Assembly: GCA_963733295.1 (NCBI GenBank)
Contig: CAVTCS010000003.1
Span: 1,184,001 to 1,248,000, forward strand
DNA from: Vulcanimicrobiota bacterium
Lineage (GTDB): Bacteria; Vulcanimicrobiota; Vulcanimicrobiia; Vulcanimicrobiales; Vulcanimicrobiaceae
Direction of reading: 5' to 3'
DNA length: 64,000 nt
In this document: in pieces, positions 49,181 to 58,865 of the stretch
How positions within the stretch are numbered: position 1 is the first letter of the stretch
Layout of the letters: every line of letters begins with the position of its first letter
Made by a program: the position numbers and the translations under genes
The notes under the pieces: generated by a model
Databases searched by the model: none
The model's input: the letters and a program-made list of their open reading frames with translations, nothing else
What the model was told of the DNA's origin: nothing

Positions 49181-49564
49181 CTAACTCGTTGGCGATACTT
49201 CGATCGTCACAGGAAACCCGCCACCGTATGAGCTGGAAAACTGGATGCTGCACGATCCGCTCATCGTCGGCGTCACGACGACGGCAACGGGCGTTTCCGA
49301 GTCAGCTGGAATCTGAATCGTCACAATGCTTCCCGCCGACGTCGTGCAGTTGTCGACCTCGGTGACGGTGCCAGCCACGCCTTTGGGCGCCGTCAACGTC
49401 ACGTTTTGAGAGTAAGCGCTCCCGATGTTGGCAAAGCTCAGCATAACTGGATTCGCGAACAACGTCAGTTTCTGCACCACAGGGCAAGCGCACGAAGCGT
49501 TGTTAGCACAGCCGCTGAGGGCGAGCAATGCTACGGCAACTCCGAAGGATTTCAAGTGACTCAT
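49181..49564 (-). CDS. Small Cys-rich lipoprotein
   Basis: Lipobox LSGC; CACP; beta-rich body. Confidence 0.7.
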   Translation of the reverse strand: MSHLKSFGVAVALLALSGCANNASCACPVVQKLTLFANPVMLSFANIGSAYSQNVTLTAPKGVAGTVTEVDNCTTSAGSIVTIQIPADSETPVAVVVTPTMSGSCSIQFSSSYGGGFPVTIEVSPTS

Positions 49565-49894
49565 TGAGTCCGCTTCCTTCCCGAAGCTTTGAACGTTCGG
49601 ATTCTACGCTCTTCACCTCGTCCCGACAAGGGAGATCCCAACAATGACTCAGTCACGGAGGGGCGCGTTGCGCTAATTAGATTGGACGAGCGGGACGGGT
49701 GTCTCGGCCGTGACCTTTCCGGCGACTACACGGAATCGGACCTCGCCGGTGGTTTCTCGGACCTTTCGCGGGTGTGGTCCGGCGCAGGCGCTCGCGATGT
49801 CCTCAGCTGTCTCGTACGTCGCTTCGGCGACGGCAAAATACGGAGCTGCGCTTCGACGAGTAGAGTAAATAGTGCCCGCCGCGGCTAGTCCACG

Positions 49895-52579
49895 TCAGCT
49901 CGCGAAGGATTGCTCGCGGCGGAGAAGCTCCTCGACGGCTTGTACCCGCAGTGGCTTGCCGTAAAAGTACCCCTGCGCGGCCGTACAGCCCAGCGCGCGA
50001 AGTCTCCCCGCCTGCGCGGCGGTCTCGACGCCTTCGGCGACGACGCCGACCCCGAAAGCTTTCCCGAGCGATAGGAGCATCGTTACGATCGCTTCGCTGG
50101 CGAGTTTTCCATCGGTGCCGCTGACGAACGAACGGTCGATCTTGAGCTCGTCGAACGGGAACTGCTGCAGATAACGCAGCGAGGAGTAGCCCGTACCGAA
50201 GTCGTCGATGGCTAGCCCGACGCCGGCCGCTTTGATTCGCTCGAGCGTATTCGAGGAAAACTTACCACTTGCAAGGACGGCGCTTTCGGTAACCTCGAGC
50301 ACGAGGTCGCCGGGTTGAAGCGCGAAGCGCTGCACCGTCGCTTCGATGAAGTCGCAGTAATCCGTTTGGAGGATTTCACGCACCGACGCGTTGACGCTGA
50401 GCCGCACAGGCCGGTGCATGACTCCCTCGCGCCGCCAGCGCGTCAGCTGCTCGCAACTGGTCGCGACAACCCACCGGCCTATCGGAACGATGAGCCCGAT
50501 CTCTTCGGCGATCGGAATGAACTCGCCGGGAGATACCAAGCCGAGGTCGGGATGCTCCCAGCGGAGCAGCGTTTCGAAGGCTTCGATGCGACCGGTGGCA
50601 AGCGAAACAACCGGCTGATAGGTGAGGTAGACCTGATCGCGCTCGAGCGCGCGGCGCAACTGCGTCGCGATCTGCAACCGACGCGAAGCCTGGTCGTGCA
50701 TCGTGCCGTTGAAGATGGCCGAACGCGAGCGGCCGGCGGTTTTCGCGTAGTACATCGCCGTGTCTGCGTCGCGCAGAATTTCTTCGACAGCAGCGTAGCT
50801 GGGGACGTACATCGCGACGCCGACGCTCGCCGTAACGAAGATCTCGCGACCTTCGACGAAAAGCGGCTGACCGAGTTCGCGCACGATGCGGTCGACGACG
50901 CGCTCGATCTCTTCGCGCGTTTCGCGTCCCTCGAGCAACACGGCAAATTCGTCGCCTCCGAAGCGCGCCACGAGGTCCCGCGACCCGGTAGCTTGCCGAA
51001 GGCGCTCGGCAGCAGCTACGAGGACGCGATCGCCGATGGCGTGACCGAGGCTGTCGTTGACGAACTTGAACTCGTCAAGATCGACGAAAAGCACCGCGTG
51101 TTGGCCGCGGGACGGCTTGTCGGAAAAGAGCGTCGCGCGTACGCGCTCGAAAAAGAACGCGCGATTGGGTAAGCCCGAAAGCGAATCGTGCGTCGCCTCA
51201 TAGCGGAGCCGATCGTCGATGCGCTTGCGTTCGGTGACGTCCTTGAGCATCGCGATCGCAAAGAGCGGCTTCGAGGTGTCGTCGCGGACGAGCGAATGCG
51301 TCGCCTCGAGCCACTGCACTGCGCCCGCGTGGGGCGCCTCGAGTTCGGTCGCAAACGACTCGATCTCGCCGCGCAAGAGACGTTGGAAATCCGGGTGGGC
51401 CGCGCCGATGCGCTCGGGCGCGACCGGATCGAACATATCGTGAAGCGCTCGGTTCGAGCGGATCACTTGACCGTTGCCGTCGACGATCGCGACTCCGATC
51501 GACGACCGGTCGAAAACGGCACGGAACTGCGCTTCCGTCACCGCCAGCATCTCGAGCATGCGACGCTGTTCGAGCTCGGCCGAGAGCTGCTCGGCGTCGC
51601 GGCGAGCGCGTTCGAGGTCGCGGCGATCGCGCTCGCGCACGGTGCGCCCGATCAATAAGGAGATCCCGAGGCCGACGATCACCGCGAGGGCCCGCTCGAT
51701 TTGAGCCAGGAACAGCGTGCGGCGCTCGCCCTCGAGTCGTTGGCTGAGGATCCGGTCGACTTCGGTTCCGATCGCGTGACTCGCGTCGTCGACCGCGTTG
51801 CTGACGGCGCCGGCCGAACTTCGCAGTTGCGTTACGGCGATATGCGAATCGGTCGCATGCAGCTCGTCGCTCTCGGAAATCGCAATGAAATGCGCTAGCG
51901 CGGCGTCGAGACGCTGACCTGCGGGTGCCACGACCGTCGCGAGGGTTGGATCGAGGCGCTCGGCGCGGGCCAAGTCGGTGCTCCCGATCGCCCACGCGTG
52001 ACGTCCTTCGCCGGTCGAAACGGCAGCCGCGATCCTTTCGGCCGACGACTTGTCGTGGCTATTGATAGCAGCAATCAGACGCATCTTCGCGGCGTCGATG
52101 CGCTGATCGACCGTTGGCAAGTTGACGCCCAGCGTATGGATGAGGTCGGTCGTGATGGGGTCCGAATCGAGGCTCAGCTGCAAGCGTGCATTGAGCACGT
52201 CGAAAAGCCCGACCGCTTCAGTGAGGGTTAGATCCACCTTGTCGGCCGGCCAGCCCGCACTGGAGGCGGCTTGCCAGTCGCTTTGCAAGGGCGCGATAGT
52301 TGCGGAGAGGCTGAGCGAGCGACCATCCCCTTGATCGTAGCGGGTCAAGCTGCCGAGGGCGCTGTCGACGGCTGCGAGCTCGTCGGGGGGCACGGTGTGA
52401 TCGAGCTCGATGCTGTCACGGAGCGTGCGCAGGGAGCGCACGAGCTCGACGTTTCGCATCGTGAAACCGACCCCGAGCCGCTCCCGTTCCGTTAGGTTGA
52501 TCTTCGAGCCGAGCTGGACCGTCAGGATCCAGAAAACGGCGATCAGGGGGACGGAAAAAGCAACGAGTAGCAACAGCAC
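49895..52579 (-). CDS. Membrane sensor PAS-GGDEF-EAL c-di-GMP signalling protein
   Basis: Two TMs around a helical sensor; PAS; HDSLSGLPNR, GGDEF, ETL variant of EAL, DDFGTGYSS; start uncertain because the ORF-track start lies inside tRNA-His. Confidence 0.92.
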   Translation of the reverse strand: MLLLLVAFSVPLIAVFWILTVQLGSKINLTERERLGVGFTMRNVELVRSLRTLRDSIELDHTVPPDELAAVDSALGSLTRYDQGDGRSLSLSATIAPLQSDWQAASSAGWPADKVDLTLTEAVGLFDVLNARLQLSLDSDPITTDLIHTLGVNLPTVDQRIDAAKMRLIAAINSHDKSSAERIAAAVSTGEGRHAWAIGSTDLARAERLDPTLATVVAPAGQRLDAALAHFIAISESDELHATDSHIAVTQLRSSAGAVSNAVDDASHAIGTEVDRILSQRLEGERRTLFLAQIERALAVIVGLGISLLIGRTVRERDRRDLERARRDAEQLSAELEQRRMLEMLAVTEAQFRAVFDRSSIGVAIVDGNGQVIRSNRALHDMFDPVAPERIGAAHPDFQRLLRGEIESFATELEAPHAGAVQWLEATHSLVRDDTSKPLFAIAMLKDVTERKRIDDRLRYEATHDSLSGLPNRAFFFERVRATLFSDKPSRGQHAVLFVDLDEFKFVNDSLGHAIGDRVLVAAAERLRQATGSRDLVARFGGDEFAVLLEGRETREEIERVVDRIVRELGQPLFVEGREIFVTASVGVAMYVPSYAAVEEILRDADTAMYYAKTAGRSRSAIFNGTMHDQASRRLQIATQLRRALERDQVYLTYQPVVSLATGRIEAFETLLRWEHPDLGLVSPGEFIPIAEEIGLIVPIGRWVVATSCEQLTRWRREGVMHRPVRLSVNASVREILQTDYCDFIEATVQRFALQPGDLVLEVTESAVLASGKFSSNTLERIKAAGVGLAIDDFGTGYSSLRYLQQFPFDELKIDRSFVSGTDGKLASEAIVTMLLSLGKAFGVGVVAEGVETAAQAGRLRALGCTAAQGYFYGKPLRVQAVEELLRREQSFAS

Positions 52580-52662
52580 CCGCGCTAGAAGCGTCGGATC
52601 TTTCCCTGCCTCCTTGGTGAGTTCAGCGACCCGCCGAATACCGCACTCCCTGCGACTTACGC

Positions 52663-52740
52663 TGGGGTGATTGACGGGACTCGAACCCGCGACCTCCGGA
52701 GTCACAGTCCAGCGCTCTAACCAACTGAGCTACAATCACC
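52663..52740 (-). tRNA. tRNA-His(GTG)
   Basis: G-1 plus GTGATTGTAGCTCAGTTGGTTAGAGC-CTGGACTGTGACTCCGG-GTTCGAGTCC-AATCACCCCA. Confidence 0.96.
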
Positions 52741-52754
52741 ACGTTGCACGAAAC

Positions 52755-52827
<73 letters not shown>

Positions 52828-53311
52828 CAAAGCGCTCGTTTCGTCCCGGGGCATTAAGGTCGTTCTTTGCCCCTCTCGGTCGGGAACCTGGGCGCGTTTT
52901 CGTTCGCCGGCGTAAGCCGCCCTGCGCCGGCGTGAGTTGTTCGGCTGGGCCCGAATATGGTCCCACAATTCGGCATTTTATACAAACACCCGCTCGCTAG
53001 GTCGCTGAGGCTCGATATGTGAGTTGACGGGCACTCGTCTGAGGGCGGCCGCTCCTCTCGCCCGGAGGCCTCGAAACCACGCCGGTTCGGCCCAGATCCG
53101 GGCGCGGCTCAGAACTCGCGTCGATCCGCAACGGCGATCGTGAAGCCGGCGTTCGAGCGGCGCGATCGACGCTGGTCGTACCAGGTCGCGCCGATCACTG
53201 CTCGTACTTCGGCGCGATTCATAGCAGGCTGGATCGCGTTGCTCTTTTCATCGAAGAGCACGCTCGAACCGAAGCAGAGGAGACGAATGAGCCGCGCTAA
53301 ACCGGCTTTCC

Positions 53312-53758
53312 ATGAAGATGCCGGTTCTTATCACGGCGTTGACGGCCGTGCTCATTTCGTTTTCCGCCCGCGTCGATGCACTGATGATGCCAGGTCAGAT
53401 TCGGGTCAACGAGTGCGTCCCTAACATCGGGACGCCTTCGCAAAGTTGGGTAGGTCCGTGGGGCGGTCTGCACACGAGTCTCGGCACACCGGCGACGTTG
53501 ACGATCCACTACGTGAACAAGTCAACCAAGACGGCATCCGCCATCGAATTCGCGCTCGTGGCGAACAACCGTGCACTCGCGGTCGTTCGCGACAACGGCA
53601 AATTCTCAACCAACGCCGTCATCAAGCACGTCTTCAATATCGCGAACAACATCGGTTTCGTCGGCACCGACCTGACGTACTGTGTGCCGCTTCGCATTCA
53701 CTACACGGACGGCAGCGTCTGGACCAATCCTCAGCTTCCGGAACATCCTCCAGTTTAG
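53312..53758 (+). CDS. Small secreted protein with Cys pair (paralog of 41736..42095)
   Basis: Signal peptide; GQIRVNEC...LTIHYVN...DNGKFS...HVFN...C...DGSVW. Confidence 0.78.
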   Translation: MKMPVLITALTAVLISFSARVDALMMPGQIRVNECVPNIGTPSQSWVGPWGGLHTSLGTPATLTIHYVNKSTKTASAIEFALVANNRALAVVRDNGKFSTNAVIKHVFNIANNIGFVGTDLTYCVPLRIHYTDGSVWTNPQLPEHPPV

Positions 53759-53764
53759 CCTAAG

Positions 53765-54913
53765 CTACGGGTGGATGCGGCCGATCGTATTGAGGTCCGT
53801 GAACCAAATAGCGCCGTCAGGTCCCCGCGTGATTCCAGACGCTCCGAACGTCCCGTTGGGAATTGCGAACTCCGTGACGACTCCGTATGTGGTAATGCGC
53901 CCGATTTTGTTCACGAGATACTCGGTAAACCAAAGGTTCTTGTCCCGGCCGGCAACGATCTCCTGAGGGAACGATTCCATAGTCGGTGTCGGGAAATCGG
54001 TGTAGACGCCTGTTGTCGTCACCCTCGTGATCGAGTTGGGCTGAGTCGCAGACCATATGTTTCTGTCGGGACCCACCGCCAAACCATTTGGATGGAAAAA
54101 CGTGAAACTGGCGGGTGCGGGATATTCCACCATGGTGCCCGACGTCGTTATCGCGCCGATGACTCCAAAAAGAACATTGTATCCCGGTCCGCTGAACCAC
54201 ACCCGGCCGTCTGGACCGCCGGCAATCCCATACGGAATGGGGCTCGCTCCCGGTACCGGGTACTGCGTAACCGCACCGCTCGTCGTCATTTTGTCGACCG
54301 CTCCGTCCAAGTCGGTGAACCAGAGGTTACGGTCGAGTCCCGTGACGATCTGACCCTCCGCTTCGGAGCCAGCCGGAAGCGGATACAACGTGATGATTCC
54401 AGCCGTCGTGATTTTACCGACGAAATTCCCCGCGGCGAACCAAAGATTGCGGTCGGGACCTTCAACGATGCCCCACGGAATAGGGTTCTCAAATTCCGCC
54501 GGCGGAGGGATGTCGTACATCGTCACGACGCCGCCTGTCGTGATCTTGCCGATCTCGCTTTGCTGCACCGTAAACCAAAGGTTTCCATCGGGCCCTGCGA
54601 CGATGTCCCCCGCCGGCCCGACGTTGGGAGGCAACGGATACTCAGTGATCGCGTACGCTGGGTTTGTCGGCGACGGCGTCGCCACTGGCTGCGGGGTCGG
54701 GCTCGGACTGGGGGTGGCCGTGGGTGTAGGAACGCCTGCCGTCGCGGTTGGGCCTCCGGCAGCTCTTACATTCGAGCGCGTTGCCGACGAGTGCATTGCC
54801 GAATCTGAAGCGGCCAACGGAGCGGCCGGGCTCGTAGAACTCGAACACCCGATGCTCGCCAGCGAGATTACGCACAGCCCGAGCCAAGAAAGCGCGAAAA
54901 CGGGACGGTCTAT
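53765..54913 (-). CDS. Vgb-like 7-bladed beta-propeller, probable lipoprotein
   Basis: Seven GPDGNLWF-type repeats; in-frame signal and lipobox SIGC extends upstream to an ATA codon at 54913 (ORF track starts at 54817). Confidence 0.85.
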   Translation of the reverse strand: MDRPVFALSWLGLCVISLASIGCSSSTSPAAPLAASDSAMHSSATRSNVRAAGGPTATAGVPTPTATPSPSPTPQPVATPSPTNPAYAITEYPLPPNVGPAGDIVAGPDGNLWFTVQQSEIGKITTGGVVTMYDIPPPAEFENPIPWGIVEGPDRNLWFAAGNFVGKITTAGIITLYPLPAGSEAEGQIVTGLDRNLWFTDLDGAVDKMTTSGAVTQYPVPGASPIPYGIAGGPDGRVWFSGPGYNVLFGVIGAITTSGTMVEYPAPASFTFFHPNGLAVGPDRNIWSATQPNSITRVTTTGVYTDFPTPTMESFPQEIVAGRDKNLWFTEYLVNKIGRITTYGVVTEFAIPNGTFGASGITRGPDGAIWFTDLNTIGRIHP

Positions 54914-55136
54914 AGCTCCAGCCCCACATGAACCATGGCGTCCGAGACAGCCAACTTGAGCCTAGCTTCAACGATAGAGGCGGCGTCTCGAAGAACCCCG
55001 TTTCAGAGCGGCCAGGTAATGCCTTCCTCGACAAGCTTGCTGTGAGCTAAAGTCTTACGCGAAGAGCATAGCGACGCTGTGCCGTCCGAGCGACGGCTCT
55101 TGACCCTCTTGGCCTGATTTCGTGCTAAGAGCGGGT

Positions 55137-55562
55137 TTAGCGGATCTCGTACCGATCGTACGGTTCGGCGCGTGAGAATTGGGCGACGCAGCTGTGCCCC
55201 AGCGCCCACGTGCTGAGGTCGGCCGGCAATGGTTCAGTTATGAACTTTACGCTCACGGCTTGGCCGGAGAGCAGATCGACATGATTGAAGCAGACATCGT
55301 AGCCACGAGCTACGACCGTCATGGCGATGTCGCCATTGTCGGCGTTGAGAACGGTGAAGAAACCGCGTTTGTCGGTCTTACGTACTTGATCACCGTACTG
55401 CGAATGCGCTCTGACCGTCGCGCCTGCAATTGGCAGTCCGTTACTATCGTACACGGTACCGCTGAGGTGGCCTGGCGCATCGGCCTTTAGCGCCAGCGGC
55501 GCCGCGGCAAGCGCGAGCGCAAACAGGGCGAGACTTGCTAGAGATCTACTTGCGAGAGTCAT
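55137..55562 (-). CDS. Secreted carboxypeptidase regulatory-like (CarboxypepD_reg) domain protein
   Basis: Signal peptide, LSGTVYDSNGLPIAGATV...TDKRGFF; GGAGG RBS. Confidence 0.8.
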   Translation of the reverse strand: MTLASRSLASLALFALALAAAPLALKADAPGHLSGTVYDSNGLPIAGATVRAHSQYGDQVRKTDKRGFFTVLNADNGDIAMTVVARGYDVCFNHVDLLSGQAVSVKFITEPLPADLSTWALGHSCVAQFSRAEPYDRYEIR

Positions 55563-55627
55563 TTTGCGAACCTCCGGGTATATTCTACCCGGTTCTATTC
55601 TACCCCGATTTTGCCCGAATACCGCGA

Positions 55628-55677
55628 TTAACAACTGCGTTTTTGATAAACAATTGCGATTGCGCTAAACAATTGCG
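55628..55677. repeat. Three 12-bp direct repeats at a 19-bp period
   Basis: TTAACAACTGCG (55628), TAAACAATTGCG (55647), TAAACAATTGCG (55666). Confidence 0.8.
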
Positions 55678-55678
55678 C

Positions 55679-55755
55679 TGGTCGGGATGACAGGACTTGA
55701 ACCTGCGACCTCACGCTCCCAAAGCGCGCGCTCTACCAAGCTGAGCTACATCCCG
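55679..55755 (-). tRNA. tRNA-Pro(TGG)
   Basis: CGGGATGTAGCTCAGCTTGGTAGAGC-GCGCTTTGGGAGCGT-GTTCAAGTCC-CATCCCGACCA. Confidence 0.96.
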
Positions 55756-55764
55756 CGGGTCCGT

Positions 55765-56391
55765 CTATTCCCGGGGCGCTCGCTCGACCCCGCCTGGGGC
55801 GAGCGCGTCCCAGGCGTCGCGCAGCGCGCGCGCCGCGCGGCCGCGATGGCTAACGGCGCTCTTCTCGCTTTCCGGCAGTTCGGCGAAGGTCCGGAATTCC
55901 GGCGGGCACTCGAAGAGCGCATCGTACGAGAAGCCGCCCTCGCCACGTTCGCTCTGCGCGATTCGACCCGCGACGTCGCGAGTCGCAGCGAGTTCGCGGC
56001 CGTCGCCTGCAATGAAGTGCAATGCGCAGACGAAACGTGCGCTGCGGTCGCCGGCGCGTGAAGCATCGAGCTCCCGCAACATGAGCGCGCGCCGCTCGCG
56101 CCACCCGATCTCCTCGCTTCCGTAGCGCGCCGACAAGACGCCCGGTCTCCCGCCTAAGGCAGCAACTTCGATGCCCGAATCGTCGCCGAGAACTGCCGGA
56201 GCATTCCCACGCGCGAGCAACTGCGCGCGCAACGCGCGCGCTTTTAACGCCGCGTTAGCTTCGTAGGAGTCCTCGCCTTCCGGAGGATCGACGTAACCGG
56301 CCTCTGCTTCGATTTGCCAGCCGAGCGGCGCGAAGATCGCCCGCAGTTCCCGCAGTTTTCCGGCGTTCTTCGTCGCCGCGACCACGCGCAT
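55765..56391 (-). CDS. rdgB: Non-canonical purine NTP pyrophosphatase (RdgB/HAM1)
   Basis: ATKNAGKLRE, DDSGI, PGVLSARY, GFSYD, KSAVSHRG. Confidence 0.95.
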   Translation of the reverse strand: MRVVAATKNAGKLRELRAIFAPLGWQIEAEAGYVDPPEGEDSYEANAALKARALRAQLLARGNAPAVLGDDSGIEVAALGGRPGVLSARYGSEEIGWRERRALMLRELDASRAGDRSARFVCALHFIAGDGRELAATRDVAGRIAQSERGEGGFSYDALFECPPEFRTFAELPESEKSAVSHRGRAARALRDAWDALAPGGVERAPRE

Positions 56392-56395
56392 GCCC

Positions 56396-56839
56396 TTAGA
56401 CGAGCGCGCCGCTCACGCGATAAGCCGTTCCCCGAAAGAGCGCGATGGGCGATCCGTCCGGTGCGCTGACCGTAACGTCGTACGTGCCGGTGCGGCCGCC
56501 GGCCGCGCGCTCTTCCGCAATCGCCGACAGACGCTCGCCGGCGCGGGCGGGGGCCGCAAACGAGATCGAAGCCGTAAGCGCGACGGTGCGCTCGTTGCGC
56601 GAGTTACACGCATAGGCGAACGCGGTGTCGGCGAGCGCGAACAGAATGCCGCCGTGGCAAATGTCGTGCCCGTTGAGCATGTCTTCTCTCACCGTCATGC
56701 TGCATTTTGCGTAGCCTATCGACGTCGCGACCACTTCGATCCCTAACGTCTGCGCCGCACGATCGCGGGCGTACATCGCCTCGGCGACGCGTCGCGCTAG
56801 CGCGTCGCCCGCTTCGCCGTCGCCGGCCGGTTGGTTCAC
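56396..56839 (-). CDS. paaI: Phenylacetyl-CoA thioesterase PaaI
   Basis: MLNGHDICHGGILFALADTAFAYACNS; GTGA overlap with the paaN stop. Confidence 0.92.
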   Translation of the reverse strand: MNQPAGDGEAGDALARRVAEAMYARDRAAQTLGIEVVATSIGYAKCSMTVREDMLNGHDICHGGILFALADTAFAYACNSRNERTVALTASISFAAPARAGERLSAIAEERAAGGRTGTYDVTVSAPDGSPIALFRGTAYRVSGALV

Positions 56840-58515
56840 CCCGCGGCCGGAACGCGCGACTGAACGATCCGGAAGCGCCCCGCGACGAACTGCGCGTCGG
56901 TCAGCGCGGCGTTGCCGGCTGGATTTGCGCCGCTGACGTGGTAGTCGCTGAACGCCGAGGACTGGTTCACGTAGATGTTCCCCGTCAAGTTGCACGAGAG
57001 CGCGACGCCGGCGGCGGCTGCGGCGTCGAGCGCCGCGTCGAGCACGCTCTCGTTCGTGGAGTAGATCGCGCCGGTGATCGCGCCGCGTTCTTTGGCGAGC
57101 CGCATCGCCTGCGCGATGCTCTCGGCCGTATCGGCCGTCGGAACGATGAAGGCGATCGGTCCGAACTGCTCGCGTTCGTGAAGACCGCGCGTCTTCGCGT
57201 CGACCTTGAGGATCAGCGGAGTCCGCACGCGCGCCTCGGGATAGCGCGGATCGTTTACTTTGCGGGAAGCTAAAACCACCTCGCCGGCGCCGGCCGCCGA
57301 GTCGAGCCGCGTGAGGGTCGCCTCGCTCGCGATCGCGCCGAGTAACTCGACCGCCTTGTCGTCGGCGGCAGTCAAAGCGCCGACCGCGTCGGCAATCGCG
57401 CCGGCCACCGCATCCAGCGAAACTCGCTCGCCCGCAACCACGATACCGTCGCGCGGGACGAACACGTTCTGCGGCGTCGTGCACATCTGCCCCGAATACA
57501 GCGTCAGCGAGAACGCGATGTTTTTCGCCATCGCGGCCAGATCGTCGGTCGAGTCGACGACGATCGAATTGACGCCCGCCTTTTCCGTATAAACCAGCGC
57601 GTGCTTGACGTTCGTTTCGAGCCAGTCGCCGAATTCGTTACCGCCCGTGAAATCGACGATTCCGATCGCCGGATTCGAGGCCAACTCCTTGGCGAGCGGC
57701 GCGCTCGGCTCGTCGGCGGCGAGTTGAATGACGTTCGGGTCGAAGCCGTTCTCGCGCAACACCTCTCGCGCAATCTCGACGGTTATGGCGAGCGGCAAAA
57801 TCGCGTAGGGATGCGGCTTGACGATCACCGCGTTGCCGGTAACCAGATCGGCGAAGATCGCCGGATAAGCGTTCCAGGTGGGAAAGGTCGAGCAACCGAT
57901 GACCAGGCCGATGCCCCGTGGTACGATCCGGAAACGTTTGTGCAGGCGGATCGGCGGGTTCTTGCCCTGCGGCTTTTCCCAATCGGTTTCGCGCGGCACC
58001 GACGACATCTCCGCATATGCGTACGCGACCGCCTCGAGTGCCCGGTCTTGTGCGTGCGGACCGCCCGCTTGGAACGCCATCATGAGCCCTTGTCCCGTTG
58101 TGTGCATCACGCTGAAAGCGAGTTCCCACGACCTGCGATTTAAGCGCTCGAGGATCTCGAGCGCGACGCCGGCGCGCACCTCGACGGAAGCCGCCGCCCA
58201 CCCGTGGCCCGCGACTTTCGCCGCCGCAACCAATTGCGCGACGTCGGGCTTCGGGTAACGAATCCCCAAAACGAACCCGTACGGGGACTTCTCGACACCG
58301 ACCGTCCCCCCGCTCGAAGGCTGGTCGAGCGCAAACTCAGTTCGCATCCGAGCCTTGAAGGCTGCTTCGCCGTCCTCGCGGCCGGTTTCGCCATAAAATT
58401 TCGGACTCGGCAGCTCCGGGTACGCACTCCAGTACGTGCGCTCGCGGATCGCCCGAACGGCCCCGTCGATCGTCTGCTGGTGTTTGTCAAAGAGACTGGC
58501 CGGTGCGTCGATCAT
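56836..58515 (-). CDS. paaN: Phenylacetate degradation aldehyde dehydrogenase PaaN
   Basis: MMAFQAGGPHAQDR, CSTFPTWN, YTEKAGVN, YSGQMCT, FSDYHVSGANPAGNA. Confidence 0.92.
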   Translation of the reverse strand: MIDAPASLFDKHQQTIDGAVRAIRERTYWSAYPELPSPKFYGETGREDGEAAFKARMRTEFALDQPSSGGTVGVEKSPYGFVLGIRYPKPDVAQLVAAAKVAGHGWAAASVEVRAGVALEILERLNRRSWELAFSVMHTTGQGLMMAFQAGGPHAQDRALEAVAYAYAEMSSVPRETDWEKPQGKNPPIRLHKRFRIVPRGIGLVIGCSTFPTWNAYPAIFADLVTGNAVIVKPHPYAILPLAITVEIAREVLRENGFDPNVIQLAADEPSAPLAKELASNPAIGIVDFTGGNEFGDWLETNVKHALVYTEKAGVNSIVVDSTDDLAAMAKNIAFSLTLYSGQMCTTPQNVFVPRDGIVVAGERVSLDAVAGAIADAVGALTAADDKAVELLGAIASEATLTRLDSAAGAGEVVLASRKVNDPRYPEARVRTPLILKVDAKTRGLHEREQFGPIAFIVPTADTAESIAQAMRLAKERGAITGAIYSTNESVLDAALDAAAAAGVALSCNLTGNIYVNQSSAFSDYHVSGANPAGNAALTDAQFVAGRFRIVQSRVPAAG

Positions 58516-58559
58516 AGCGGCCAAAGGCTTCCCAAACGCACTGGCGGCAACCTTCGCCT

Positions 58560-58853
58560 ATGGAATCGAGCCGGATTCGCGAGCTCATCGTATTGAAAGG
58601 TCGCGTTCAAGGCGTCGGGTTACGGGACCATGTCGTTCAAGTCGCGCGCAGTCACGGCGTCGCGGGGACGGTTCGCAATCTGCGCAGCGGCGACGCGGTC
58701 GAGATCGACGTCGAGGGCGAGCGCCCGCACCTCGAGGCGTTCCTGGGCGACGTCGTTGCGAATTTGCCGTCCTTCGCGATCGTCGAATCGGTGCGACGCG
58801 AACCGGCCATGCCGCGGGGTGCGACAGGCTTTCGTATCGGGTCGACCTTCTGA
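58560..58853 (+). CDS. acyP: Acylphosphatase
   Basis: GRVQGVGLR, GTVRN. Confidence 0.88.
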   Translation: MESSRIRELIVLKGRVQGVGLRDHVVQVARSHGVAGTVRNLRSGDAVEIDVEGERPHLEAFLGDVVANLPSFAIVESVRREPAMPRGATGFRIGSTF

Positions 58854-58865
58854 GAACGCGAGCTG

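Noticed and set aside
49589..49888. 99-aa plus-strand ORF and other short frames in this gap
   Set aside because: TTG start, no RBS or motif; cannot be supported.
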